A stretch of 64,000 nt of DNA from a virus, in IMG/VR virus record IMGVR_UViG_3300032309_000931, positions 1 to 64,000 of that record; one strand, written 5' to 3'. Shown here piece after piece: positions 31,662-40,821 of this stretch. Position 1 is the first letter of the stretch, and every line of letters begins with the position of its first letter. The notes beneath the pieces are model-generated. The model worked only from the letters and a program-made list of their open reading frames with translations, was not told the DNA's origin and ran no database searches. Made by a program: the position numbers and the translations under genes.

Positions 31662-32360
31662 TTAGTTTTCGACTAGTTTTTCATATCCTAGCCCCATACC
31701 AATACCAAATCCAGCCTGTGCAGCATTATGTCCTTGATAAGAAACAATGTCGTTCGGGTCTCCAGTAGCACCACCACTAAAGAATTTAGCTTTCTTTTCT
31801 TCCCAGATATCCTGTCCACTCTTACCGCCATTTTGTTTATCTAAGTCTACCCCCTGAATACCTGCAAAAAATTTTTTCTCTTCGTAGTCTAAATCTCTTT
31901 TAATGTTTAAAATTGATATTAACTCTGGCATAGATATTGATTTCTCAAGTTCTTCAAAGTCTTTCCAAATACCAAGCAAAAAAACTTCAGACTCAAGCTT
32001 AGCCAGATCAAGATCTTCCCAAGTAGACCCACTTTCGACTGCTTGCTCTTTTACCGTCTCTTCTTCTTTATCATCATTAATTTTAATATCTGCACAGATA
32101 TCCAAAATCTTGTAAATAGTTGGAAGATCTACGCTATCTTCTAAGTCTTCAATTGTTTTTATTGATGGGTAGAACTGTTTCATACACACCCTTGCACACT
32201 CTGCCAATGCTGAAATTGCTTCGGCATCTCCGTTTGCAATTCTTACTTTTTCGAATGCTACCATAAACTCTCTAAGGTATTTTAATTTTAGTGGTGTTAT
32301 ATATAGCTCTGTTCCATCTATTAAATGTACAGTGCCTGATTCGTAAATTGTTGTTGCCAT
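31662..32360 (-). CDS. Tail assembly chaperone (long, GT-like)
   Basis: Between major tail and TMP; N-terminal ~100 aa align with the short chaperone, plus a C-terminal extension. Confidence 0.75.
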   Translation of the reverse strand: MATTIYESGTVHLIDGTELYITPLKLKYLREFMVAFEKVRIANGDAEAISALAECARVCMKQFYPSIKTIEDLEDSVDLPTIYKILDICADIKINDDKEEETVKEQAVESGSTWEDLDLAKLESEVFLLGIWKDFEELEKSISMPELISILNIKRDLDYEEKKFFAGIQGVDLDKQNGGKSGQDIWEEKKAKFFSGGATGDPNDIVSYQGHNAAQAGFGIGMGLGYEKLVEN

Positions 32361-32374
32361 ATATCTATTGTACC

Positions 32375-32414
32375 AAAAACAAAACTGCCCAGAGCCGAAA
32401 CCCTGAGCAGTTCT
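32375..32414 (-). terminator. Intrinsic terminator after major tail gene
   Basis: AACTGCTCAGGG-TTTCGG-CTCTGGGCAGTT followed by TTGTTTTT. Confidence 0.8.
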
Positions 32415-32426
32415 GATTGTATTAAA

Positions 32427-33128
32427 TTATGATGCGAGTGTGCGGTCTACAATCTTTCCATAAGACGCATTGTCGTTAGGAAGAAGTCTGAATGAGACTT
32501 CGAACATTGTAGCTTCGTCACGCTTAGCTGAAACTGTAACACTCTCGATTGAGAGAGCACGGTATCCAACGTAAACACGCTCGATGGATGAACCAGCTGC
32601 ACAGTCTCCTGTTCCTGGACCAACTGCAACGAGACCACGCTCAACTGGACATTCACCAATGTTTCCTGCACCAAGGTTAAGAACTCGGTCACCGTCGTAA
32701 GTTGGTGTACCGAATGCACTCTGTGATGTGGAGCTAGTGTATGTAGCTGAAAGGTCGCTTGATTGTCCTGCAATTGCGAAGAGCAAGTTGTCAAGTGTCG
32801 CTTCAGCGAATGCTGTGTTAAGGTTAACCTGCATTCCCTGCTTGTAAAGCTTTGCAACGTCGAGAACCTGGTCAACCTGTACCTCACCGAAGTCAGGCTG
32901 GAAGACAATTTCAAGACCGTTCATTGTGTAACCAACATTACGGAAGTCGACATCATTTGAGAGTGTCTCCTTGTAAGAAATGTTAGTTTGGAAGTTGGGC
33001 AAATCGAGTTCAGCCTGAGTGTTGGTAATACCACCAGTTGTGTTCTGACCGATTGGACCGTCTTCATATGTGAAAAGTGCTGCTGCACCAACGATGATGT
33101 TAGCACTTGTACCACGTGAATATGCCAT
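32427..33128 (-). CDS. Major tail protein
   Basis: NIIVGAA...VGYTMNG...AFAEATLDNL...FEVSFRLLP; good RBS and own terminator. Confidence 0.85.
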   Translation of the reverse strand: MAYSRGTSANIIVGAAALFTYEDGPIGQNTTGGITNTQAELDLPNFQTNISYKETLSNDVDFRNVGYTMNGLEIVFQPDFGEVQVDQVLDVAKLYKQGMQVNLNTAFAEATLDNLLFAIAGQSSDLSATYTSSTSQSAFGTPTYDGDRVLNLGAGNIGECPVERGLVAVGPGTGDCAAGSSIERVYVGYRALSIESVTVSAKRDEATMFEVSFRLLPNDNASYGKIVDRTLAS

Positions 33129-33193
33129 AATTATTTCACCTCTTTCTTGTTATAGATTTTGGGTGGGTGTTTCCTCTCTTTAATTATACAGGC

Positions 33194-33781
33194 TTATTGT
33201 ACAAAAGAGTCTGACTTGTGCCAATCATAGTCGATAATTATTTTATTCCCTGCATAAGTACGAGCAGTACCAAAATCAATAATGTCACGAGTTTCTTCAA
33301 GTTGATAAATCTTAATTTCGTGGAAGAAGGGAATTAAAAAGTCTGTGCCATCGAAAGTTACTTTATTATGAGTAACTCCATCTACCGTGACTGTTCCACT
33401 TACCTTAGATGCAATCCAAGCATTAAGATCTTTAGCAGAGTCGTCTCCGTTATCAAGTAAGTCTTGGATCTCTTGTGTCATTTCAATCAAGTTAACTACC
33501 GCTGTTTCTGTAAGTGCATAGAAATAATACAGTAGCTGTTCACACTTAATGTATGGGAATGGTGTGCGACGCATTTTAAACATTCTGTCAAATACCGCTG
33601 CCTGTCCTTGGAAGGTGTATCTTGCCGTAGTTCCTGCTGTTAAAACATCTAGGCTAAAGCTTTCTGCGATGCTAAAGTCGCTTGGATATGTAGGGAACAT
33701 TGGAACCGCACCAAATCCTCTACGAGCAAGTTTCTCTTGCAAGTACTTATTAATAAAAATTGGGGGATAGTATATTGCCAT
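33194..33781 (-). CDS. Tail terminator/completion protein
   Basis: Position upstream of major tail. Confidence 0.5.
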   Translation of the reverse strand: MAIYYPPIFINKYLQEKLARRGFGAVPMFPTYPSDFSIAESFSLDVLTAGTTARYTFQGQAAVFDRMFKMRRTPFPYIKCEQLLYYFYALTETAVVNLIEMTQEIQDLLDNGDDSAKDLNAWIASKVSGTVTVDGVTHNKVTFDGTDFLIPFFHEIKIYQLEETRDIIDFGTARTYAGNKIIIDYDWHKSDSFVQ

Positions 33782-34455
33782 TATGTAGTTACTCCTATGT
33801 TTGCTACCCAGGTATAGCCTGTTGAGATTCCTACAGACCTACCGCCTCGTTTACCAGCAGACAGATTCTTTTTGTATGCTACTGGATTTGTTAAATATTG
33901 CATAACGCCACTTGATTTAATAAAAGCTTGCGTAAAATAGTTATTAAAGAATGAGTCAAAGATTCTATTGAATCCACCCTGTGCCTCTGTTCCTCCAGGA
34001 TTCTCAACAACAATCGGGTTCTTGGTAAAAACCTGCTCACCAGCGTCACTGAAGGCTAGTACAGACGCTCTTACTGGTCTAATGACCACTGGGATACCAT
34101 CTTCTATGATTCTGGCTTTATTATAAAACGGAACAGTAGAACCTTCTTTAATTGAAGTAGATTGTCTGAAGGTGGACTTAATAGAAAGACCAATGCCCGA
34201 AATAGTGTAGTCTATATCAAAAAGTCTTGCTGCTGGACTTCCAGTTTGATTCCACTCGTATACGTGGTGAAGAATTGCAGGATTTGTTCTTGCAGAAGAA
34301 TCAATATACTGTTTTAAAAGCTCAATGGCATTAACACCAATTGCAGATAGAATGTGCTTTTTACCTCGCTTAACTCCTTCTGTAAATCCAATTGAATACT
34401 GAATAATGTTATTCATTTCTTTTAAGAATAGTTGATCGTTGAATGTAGTTTGCAC
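33781..34455 (-). CDS. Neck/tail completion protein
   Basis: Position in head-tail block. Confidence 0.5.
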   Translation of the reverse strand: MQTTFNDQLFLKEMNNIIQYSIGFTEGVKRGKKHILSAIGVNAIELLKQYIDSSARTNPAILHHVYEWNQTGSPAARLFDIDYTISGIGLSIKSTFRQSTSIKEGSTVPFYNKARIIEDGIPVVIRPVRASVLAFSDAGEQVFTKNPIVVENPGGTEAQGGFNRIFDSFFNNYFTQAFIKSSGVMQYLTNPVAYKKNLSAGKRGGRSVGISTGYTWVANIGVTT

Positions 34456-34904
34456 TAGACATCTACCCCCTGATTTTCAGAGCGTCTTAGAACAACTTTG
34501 TGATACTCAACTGTTCCAAAAGGATTAACGAATGGTGCCTGAGTTGCAATTTCAAAAAGGGTAGACTTTCCATTTCTAGGTCCAGATGTTTCTATATAAA
34601 TTGGATTCTCAAATCTGTCACGAATATTTGTTATAAGAATATTGGTAGCTGCATTCTTTGCATCTACGCTTGAAATACGAATATCTTTTTTAACTCTACC
34701 CAAAAGAATCGTATCTGTTTTTATGTCTGGGTCTGGCTTAATGTCTTCTTTATAAGAAACACCAGCATCATTAAAAGAACAGACAATTGTTTTGTCCAAT
34801 ACCCAAGACTTTGTTACGTTTCCGTATGCGGTTGTTTCAACAATTGGGTAGTAGATATCCGCCATCATTGGGAACATAAAGTCTGGTGTTTCACAAATAG
34901 ACAC
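34455..34904 (-). CDS. Head-to-tail stopper
   Basis: Size, beta-rich, synteny. Confidence 0.55.
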   Translation of the reverse strand: MSICETPDFMFPMMADIYYPIVETTAYGNVTKSWVLDKTIVCSFNDAGVSYKEDIKPDPDIKTDTILLGRVKKDIRISSVDAKNAATNILITNIRDRFENPIYIETSGPRNGKSTLFEIATQAPFVNPFGTVEYHKVVLRRSENQGVDV

Positions 34905-35815
34905 TACAGCACCCCTAGTCTTGTAATAGACTTAGCATACTTAGAAAGTATCTTGTCTACAAGAATATTACCTGTTCCTTCGAATGACTGCTTGTCGAAT
35001 TGTAGTTTGTACTGATCGGTATTGTAGGCTGTGACATATCGCTTGTAGTAGTCAAGCTGACCGCATTCAATGTCTGTAATCAAAAGATTGACAGCACGAG
35101 CAATATCAGATGGTACCGCTGTATACCCAGATTCTACAATAACTCTATAGTCATATGTTTTAGGGAATCCACCCCATACACCAAAGTTTAAATCTAGATA
35201 ATCTGTGCTTCCAGCAGGAAGAATTAAGTCTGCACTTTCACTTCTATTTAGCTCACCTGTATAGGTTTGAGTTATAGCAGTCTTATCTTTTGTAATCTCA
35301 AAATTACGTACATAAGCTGTTGGGTTACTTGCATCATAAATAAGAACGTTGTTCTCATATACCTGCAAAATTTTCTTTGCGTCTACCCATAGTGGTAAGT
35401 AATCTGCCCCAAGACCAGTAGTCTCAAAAGTTGTTTTCTTGTAGTAAAATCCTTGAGGAATTACAGAGTCAACAATTGCTCTTGCTAATTCTTCATTAAC
35501 TGTTTTTGTAGCTATGTCAGACGCTGTGTCTGCTAGTGTGTTTGGGTCTAGGTATGGTCTACGAACCTGATAGGTATCGTCGTGAATAATATCACCTGAT
35601 GCATCAGTAATTACAACTCTATAGTCTGTGTCATACTTTCCTGGTAGTGTAATTGTCCACACATAGGCTGCATTGTCTGTTACGGTTTGTGTAGTTGAGC
35701 TAAGGTCTGCCAAGTCAGTAATGGTTGCTGTAAACACCTCATTAGTTGTATAAGTCGCTGGGATAGTGTATGTAAACCCAACGCTAGTGTATGGCGATAA
35801 CCTTAGTAATTCCAT
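34904..35815 (-). CDS. Head-to-tail adaptor
   Basis: C-terminal GYTAVPSDIARAV...TGNILVDKIL motif. Confidence 0.65.
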   Translation of the reverse strand: MELLRLSPYTSVGFTYTIPATYTTNEVFTATITDLADLSSTTQTVTDNAAYVWTITLPGKYDTDYRVVITDASGDIIHDDTYQVRRPYLDPNTLADTASDIATKTVNEELARAIVDSVIPQGFYYKKTTFETTGLGADYLPLWVDAKKILQVYENNVLIYDASNPTAYVRNFEITKDKTAITQTYTGELNRSESADLILPAGSTDYLDLNFGVWGGFPKTYDYRVIVESGYTAVPSDIARAVNLLITDIECGQLDYYKRYVTAYNTDQYKLQFDKQSFEGTGNILVDKILSKYAKSITRLGVL

Positions 35816-36279
35816 TAAACTCCGTACTCCCTTGCAACCTCTTCTGGGGTTGCGGTACGCACGTGATCTCGCTTAAGCCACTTTTCAGCCTCTGCTTTGT
35901 CTACTATATTGTACCCTTTGTCAATCTTCCCTACGCCTTCCCACAAGACATTTCGTGTAGAGAACAATGCTACTGTTTCTTTCTTAACAACTTCAGGCTC
36001 TACCACCTTTACTTTTGGTGATTTACTTGCGGCTCCTGAGCCGATAGCACCACTTTCTGTTGGTGTAATTGAACCAGACTTTTTGCCACCTTTGGCAACG
36101 GTACGAGATGAACCGATTACGTTATCTTCATCTGTTTCTGGCATACCCTTTGACTTTTGTTTTAAATCTGCAATTGATTCTTCTAGTGCTTCTACAGAAT
36201 TGTCTACTATTTCTTCAATTGTTTCTAGTACTTCTTCAACTGTCTCTTCGACTGTTTCGATAATTGTTTCATTTGACAT
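35815..36279 (-). CDS. Acidic hypothetical protein after capsid gene
   Basis: TGATATAAT promoter and AAGGAGG RBS. Confidence 0.65.
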   Translation of the reverse strand: MSNETIIETVEETVEEVLETIEEIVDNSVEALEESIADLKQKSKGMPETDEDNVIGSSRTVAKGGKKSGSITPTESGAIGSGAASKSPKVKVVEPEVVKKETVALFSTRNVLWEGVGKIDKGYNIVDKAEAEKWLKRDHVRTATPEEVAREYGV

Positions 36280-36313
36280 TAGAAACCTCCTTCAATAATT
36301 ATATCAGATAGTA

Positions 36314-36346
36314 AGAGAGGCAAGGACCGAAATCCCTGCCTCCCCT
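36314..36346 (-). terminator. Hairpin terminator after major capsid gene
   Basis: AGGGGAGGCAGGGA-TTTCGG-TCCTTGCCTCTCT. Confidence 0.7.
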
Positions 36347-36362
36347 AAGAGTTGAACTCAAA

Positions 36363-37457
36363 TTATGAAGATGAGTCCTGGCTGTCGCTGTCAACCCAAG
36401 CTACAGCGTCTTCCTCTTCCCACTGAAGTCCGAAACGAACGAATACGGTGTATTCGATTGTGTCTTTCTTCGCTACGTATTCACGGTTTACAGTGATGTC
36501 TCGCTGGAAACCCCAAATGCGGTTTGAAGGGAATGTAAGGTCAACGTAGTTGTCTGGGTAGTAAGGAACTTCCATTACTGGAATACCTAGTACACGAGTT
36601 GTACGACCCTCTCCTAGAACCTGGTCAGTACCTGCAAGGTATGCATTACGGTACTGCTCGGTCCAGATGTTGTTTGCTGCTGTACCATTTTGCTTAACGA
36701 TGTCAGCAAATGTGTCGGTGCTTGCATAGAACTTAAGACCATTCTTGAGAGCACGATACTTTCTTGGTAGAGCAGAAATGACACCCTGAAGAACCTCTGG
36801 AGTCCACGCACCGCTTGTAACGGTTGCAGAATACTCGTGAGCATCTCCACCGAAACGAACCTTGCGAACGAATCCTTCCATAATGTTAAGGAATGAGTTT
36901 CCCCCAGTTCCTGTACCATTGATGGCAAGATCTTCAATGTCATTTGCGAATGCGTTGGTCATTAGACGAACAAGGTGGTCCTCAAGGGCTGCACCTTCAA
37001 TGTTGTCTTCTAATGCCTCAGCAGAAACTTCCCAGTCAAGGCGAAGCTTCTTTGTTGTTAGTTCAACCTTAGCAAAGGTTGCACCTGCGTTTGTGTATGT
37101 CGCATCAGCCTGGTTAGCAGCACGAATAACTCGTTCTCCAACGTTGACTTTTTCGAGTTCCATTGTATTGGCTCTCATTGTGACACGACGACCATCTTTA
37201 GCGAGAATAGTACCGTCCCAAACGTAGTCAATAAATCTACGAGCCTGTTCAGGTCGTAGAATACCACTACCTGCATCACCCGAAGGATTTACGGCGTTTG
37301 ATCCAGTTGTAACACCAAAGTTTGCGGTGGGGATGTTTCCAAGTGTATCTGCACCTGGGTTAGCAACACCACCAATTCCTCCAGACGCGAATGCACCCTC
37401 ACCATTGGTTTCGTTTGCACCAGCTCCTGGATAGTTTTTAATAATTTCTTCCGACAT
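36363..37457 (-). CDS. Major capsid protein (HK97 fold)
   Basis: GILRPEQARRFID, LEDNIEG, VLGIPVMEVPY; start MSEEII after AGGAGGTG. Confidence 0.9.
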   Translation of the reverse strand: MSEEIIKNYPGAGANETNGEGAFASGGIGGVANPGADTLGNIPTANFGVTTGSNAVNPSGDAGSGILRPEQARRFIDYVWDGTILAKDGRRVTMRANTMELEKVNVGERVIRAANQADATYTNAGATFAKVELTTKKLRLDWEVSAEALEDNIEGAALEDHLVRLMTNAFANDIEDLAINGTGTGGNSFLNIMEGFVRKVRFGGDAHEYSATVTSGAWTPEVLQGVISALPRKYRALKNGLKFYASTDTFADIVKQNGTAANNIWTEQYRNAYLAGTDQVLGEGRTTRVLGIPVMEVPYYPDNYVDLTFPSNRIWGFQRDITVNREYVAKKDTIEYTVFVRFGLQWEEEDAVAWVDSDSQDSSS

Positions 37458-37480
37458 TTTGTCACCTCCTAAGTGATTTT

Positions 37481-37987
37481 TTATTTGAATAGATCGGCTG
37501 TTTTGAGGAAACGTCCGTCCCATAGGGATTTCTCAATCTTGTCTGATTGAGCTTCCTGTACGATCTCGCCTAGATCGCCAGACTTGCGGAAAGCGGTATC
37601 TGCCTCAACAGCATCAACTCTCTTTCCAAACTCATTAAACTCGCCCTTGGCTTCTGTTACCTCATTTTTTACAGAGTCAATTGACTTGCTTAGTTGTGCA
37701 ATTTGTTCGGCTTGTGCCTGAACAACTGCGGTTAGATCGCTAAAGGCTTTTGTAACGGTATCCTTGATTTCAGCAACTGCGTCTACAAGAACCTCGTCTG
37801 ACTTGGATACTGAATCAGCCTTTTCAGCAACTTCTTCATCAGCAACAACCTCTTCAGCTGCCACCTCTTCAGTTACTTCTTCAGCTACTTCTTCTGCTAC
37901 TTCAATATCTGCCTCTGGAGCGACCTCTGCTTCAACAGCGACTTCTTCTACTGTCTCAGCGACTGTTTCATTTACTTCATCAGTCAT
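37481..37987 (-). CDS. Nested in-frame scaffolding protein
   Basis: Internal ATG (MTDEVNE) preceded by AAGGAGGT. Confidence 0.6.
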   Translation of the reverse strand: MTDEVNETVAETVEEVAVEAEVAPEADIEVAEEVAEEVTEEVAAEEVVADEEVAEKADSVSKSDEVLVDAVAEIKDTVTKAFSDLTAVVQAQAEQIAQLSKSIDSVKNEVTEAKGEFNEFGKRVDAVEADTAFRKSGDLGEIVQEAQSDKIEKSLWDGRFLKTADLFK

Positions 37988-38746
37988 AGGACTTACCTCC
38001 TTAGTTATCTTAGAAGTATTAATGCCTTTAGCACTATCTACTAAGAACTTCACCATTTCTGGTTTTTCTGCATCTGACTTCTCCACAAAGCCGATGTTCT
38101 TCATTGTTGCACCACTAGTGGGGCTAACCTCTGAATCGTTTTCTGAAAGCATTACAATACCGTTTGCTTCATCCCAGAAAACATTTTCAATTTCTACGTC
38201 CACGCCATCTCCCTTGATTACGTCAACTCCGTCTACTTTTTCGACAGATAAAACATTTGCAAACTGATTTGCAGGTGTGTCAACTAGTGACAACTCAATG
38301 AGGTCGTAGTCTTTAATAATACGGATAGTTGCATCCATCTTTTCATCGAATGCGTCGTCCCACTTATTCATTCTACCGCCAATTGAGAAGCCTGAGAGTG
38401 TTCCGTCTAGAACCTTCTCCCAAGTGTCTTGAGCACCCTTTGAAATATATGTAGAGACATAAACTCCTGCATAAAACTTTTTTGACTCTGGGTCAAAGAA
38501 CTTGTCCTCTTTGAATGAAACCATTTTGCCTACTGCTTTTGGCTGGTGCATTTCACGAATGTTGCCACGGAATTTTTCAAAAGCTTTCATTGAAGCTTCT
38601 GGAGTAACAATGTCATTCTGCTTGTCGACGTTATCTAGGGTTGCAAAACCAGAGACGATACGTCGCTCTTCGTCAACTTTTGAGAATGGCATTGAAAGGC
38701 GAACGTTTTCGCCTTCAGTGTCCCAGTGGGCTTTAGAAATAGTCAT
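37481..38746 (-). CDS. Prohead protease fused to scaffold
   Basis: HK97 protease motifs REMH, GFSIGG, ELSLVD.PAN; acidic coiled-coil C-terminus. Confidence 0.88.
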   Translation of the reverse strand: MTISKAHWDTEGENVRLSMPFSKVDEERRIVSGFATLDNVDKQNDIVTPEASMKAFEKFRGNIREMHQPKAVGKMVSFKEDKFFDPESKKFYAGVYVSTYISKGAQDTWEKVLDGTLSGFSIGGRMNKWDDAFDEKMDATIRIIKDYDLIELSLVDTPANQFANVLSVEKVDGVDVIKGDGVDVEIENVFWDEANGIVMLSENDSEVSPTSGATMKNIGFVEKSDAEKPEMVKFLVDSAKGINTSKITKEVSPMTDEVNETVAETVEEVAVEAEVAPEADIEVAEEVAEEVTEEVAAEEVVADEEVAEKADSVSKSDEVLVDAVAEIKDTVTKAFSDLTAVVQAQAEQIAQLSKSIDSVKNEVTEAKGEFNEFGKRVDAVEADTAFRKSGDLGEIVQEAQSDKIEKSLWDGRFLKTADLFK

Positions 38747-38815
38747 ATTAATTAATTATATACTGTTTTTTACAACAATGTAATATTGTTCTTACATTTA
38801 AAATTATAGCACAAT

Positions 38816-40420
38816 TTATGCAGATGATCTGCCTTCGCCCTGAGCGTTTCTTCCAGTAGTTGTTGATAGACTATCTGAATTATTATTTGTTCGTTCAGCA
38901 TCACGCTGTCTATTGTTTGCCAAGTTAGCACGAGCATCCGTTGCTTGACGTGGTGTCATTTGAAATACTTCGTCTCCGTCTGCACGTTGAGGAAGTCCAA
39001 GCTGATCTCTAGCCTCGTTAGGAGTAATAATCTGTGTCTTAACATAGCGTTCTAGAATTTGTGACTGTGAAATCTCGTCTGTAAGAGTTAACTCATTAAA
39101 CTTAAACTCTAGGATGTCTGTCTTCTCTTTAATAATCTTGCTAAGAACTTTCTCAAGATTGGTTTGTGCAGGACGTGCAACCTGTTCCTTAAATGTGCGG
39201 TCCTGTGCAAGAGCAGCAGCGATACTTGCGGCATCTCCACCACCGATCTTAGAGAGTGGAACTTGGTGAGCAACAAGAATGTCGTCACGGTTACGAATGC
39301 GGTATTGGTTGAATGATGCTTCCTGTACGCCATTCTCAATTGGCTCCATCTTGAACTCAACCTTGTTTGTATCTGAGTCGCCAGGAAGTGGAATGTAGAG
39401 TGTTCTGTGTGACTGCCCCTTTAGGCTTGTCTGTAGGAAGCGGAACATCTTGTCTTCTGCATCGTCTGAAAGTTTTGCACCTTTAAGAGTTACGACATAA
39501 CGAGGTACAGCTTTGTTGCTAAAGTAGTCAATGTTGTATTGTGAAGCAAGCTGATCTCCGTGAAGAGAAGAGATTGCAGACATAATATCTGGGATTCCGT
39601 AGTATGTGTTGAGTGGAGAATATTCCTTGTAATGAATAATCTCATTGGGTCGTGGGTCGTCAGTTACTGGGTTTGGGTTAACTGCCCCGAAATTTCTGAA
39701 GTAGACAACCTTGTTACCGATAATCTGAACGTAGCCATCTTTTAGTCTACGGACTCGCATTGTGGTTGAGGGAATGTGACCAACGTATCCAATCTCACCT
39801 GTTACTGTGCGACCAACCTCAAGGTATCCATTTCCTGTAGCCTGAACATCTGTATAAAATTTCATCATTGTGTTTGTAAAAGAATCATCATCGTTGAGTG
39901 TTTCTATCCATTCACGCATTGCAATTCTTGCACGTTCAATACGCTTACGTGCTTTTTCTGCAGCCGAATCTGTAGAACCTTCAATAGCAAACATTGTGCT
40001 TTTTGTTGGTTGAAAGTCATAGCCAAGACCAACAATGTTTTCTACCTTTGCATCGATAGCAGCGTGGTTAGCAAAAGATGTGTCGTAGTAGTTTGCAAGT
40101 TCGTAAAGATTCCAGGGTGGGGTAATGACATCAAAAAGACCGTAGCCATTGTGGTAGACAGTTCCAGGATTAATTTCCTTTGAACGTGCTCCATTAACAC
40201 CTGAGCTTGTAGCCATTGCACTGTCAAGATATGCTGGTGTAATATCTACAGCTTTTGACATTCTTGTTGCACGACGCTTAAAGTTTGCGTTGAGACCAGA
40301 TAGTGACTTGATACCCTCCCAATCTTTAATGAATGGATCTTGTGCTTTAAACACATTCTCTTCTTCTGCAAGACTATCCATCTTTGCACGAATAATGTGT
40401 TCCATAGGTTCTTCTCTCAT
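38816..40420 (-). CDS. Portal protein
   Basis: TGNGYLEV, EIIHYK.YSP...YYGIP, AHQVP, TPNEAR. Confidence 0.9.
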   Translation of the reverse strand: MREEPMEHIIRAKMDSLAEEENVFKAQDPFIKDWEGIKSLSGLNANFKRRATRMSKAVDITPAYLDSAMATSSGVNGARSKEINPGTVYHNGYGLFDVITPPWNLYELANYYDTSFANHAAIDAKVENIVGLGYDFQPTKSTMFAIEGSTDSAAEKARKRIERARIAMREWIETLNDDDSFTNTMMKFYTDVQATGNGYLEVGRTVTGEIGYVGHIPSTTMRVRRLKDGYVQIIGNKVVYFRNFGAVNPNPVTDDPRPNEIIHYKEYSPLNTYYGIPDIMSAISSLHGDQLASQYNIDYFSNKAVPRYVVTLKGAKLSDDAEDKMFRFLQTSLKGQSHRTLYIPLPGDSDTNKVEFKMEPIENGVQEASFNQYRIRNRDDILVAHQVPLSKIGGGDAASIAAALAQDRTFKEQVARPAQTNLEKVLSKIIKEKTDILEFKFNELTLTDEISQSQILERYVKTQIITPNEARDQLGLPQRADGDEVFQMTPRQATDARANLANNRQRDAERTNNNSDSLSTTTGRNAQGEGRSSA

Positions 40421-40803
40421 TAGTCTTCAGCTCCGTATAGGTCTAGAGTTTTCTTTGCAGCAATGACTGCTCCAAGGTCATTCATATTTGGAATGAATCC
40501 CTGCTTCATACGGTCAATTTGTTCGGAGTGTGTCTCGTCTGAAATCTGTCGTGTATTTGGGTAGAAGATAGCCTGACCCTCTGCTTCTCCATAATATGCA
40601 GCGGCATCCATAAGCTTCTTTACACGTTCGTGATCATTCTTGTATGCCTCGATAGAAAGAACGTTGTTGTCGCCATCAGTAAATGGCTTGCCGTTTGCTT
40701 TTACCCAAATATATGTGCCGAAGTCTGAGTATTCTTCTTTGACCACTGTTAGTCTAGCTTTTCCAAGAGCTTCCTCAATTGGATCTATTTTTTCCTGTTC
40801 CAT
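40420..40803 (-). CDS. Hypothetical protein
   Basis: ATG 7 nt after TGGTATACT; coupled to portal. Confidence 0.65.
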   Translation of the reverse strand: MEQEKIDPIEEALGKARLTVVKEEYSDFGTYIWVKANGKPFTDGDNNVLSIEAYKNDHERVKKLMDAAAYYGEAEGQAIFYPNTRQISDETHSEQIDRMKQGFIPNMNDLGAVIAAKKTLDLYGAED

Positions 40804-40821
40804 AACCACCAGTATACCATA

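Noticed and set aside
37386-37389. Complete avoidance of CGCG
   Set aside because: At least one CGCG occurs here in the capsid gene.
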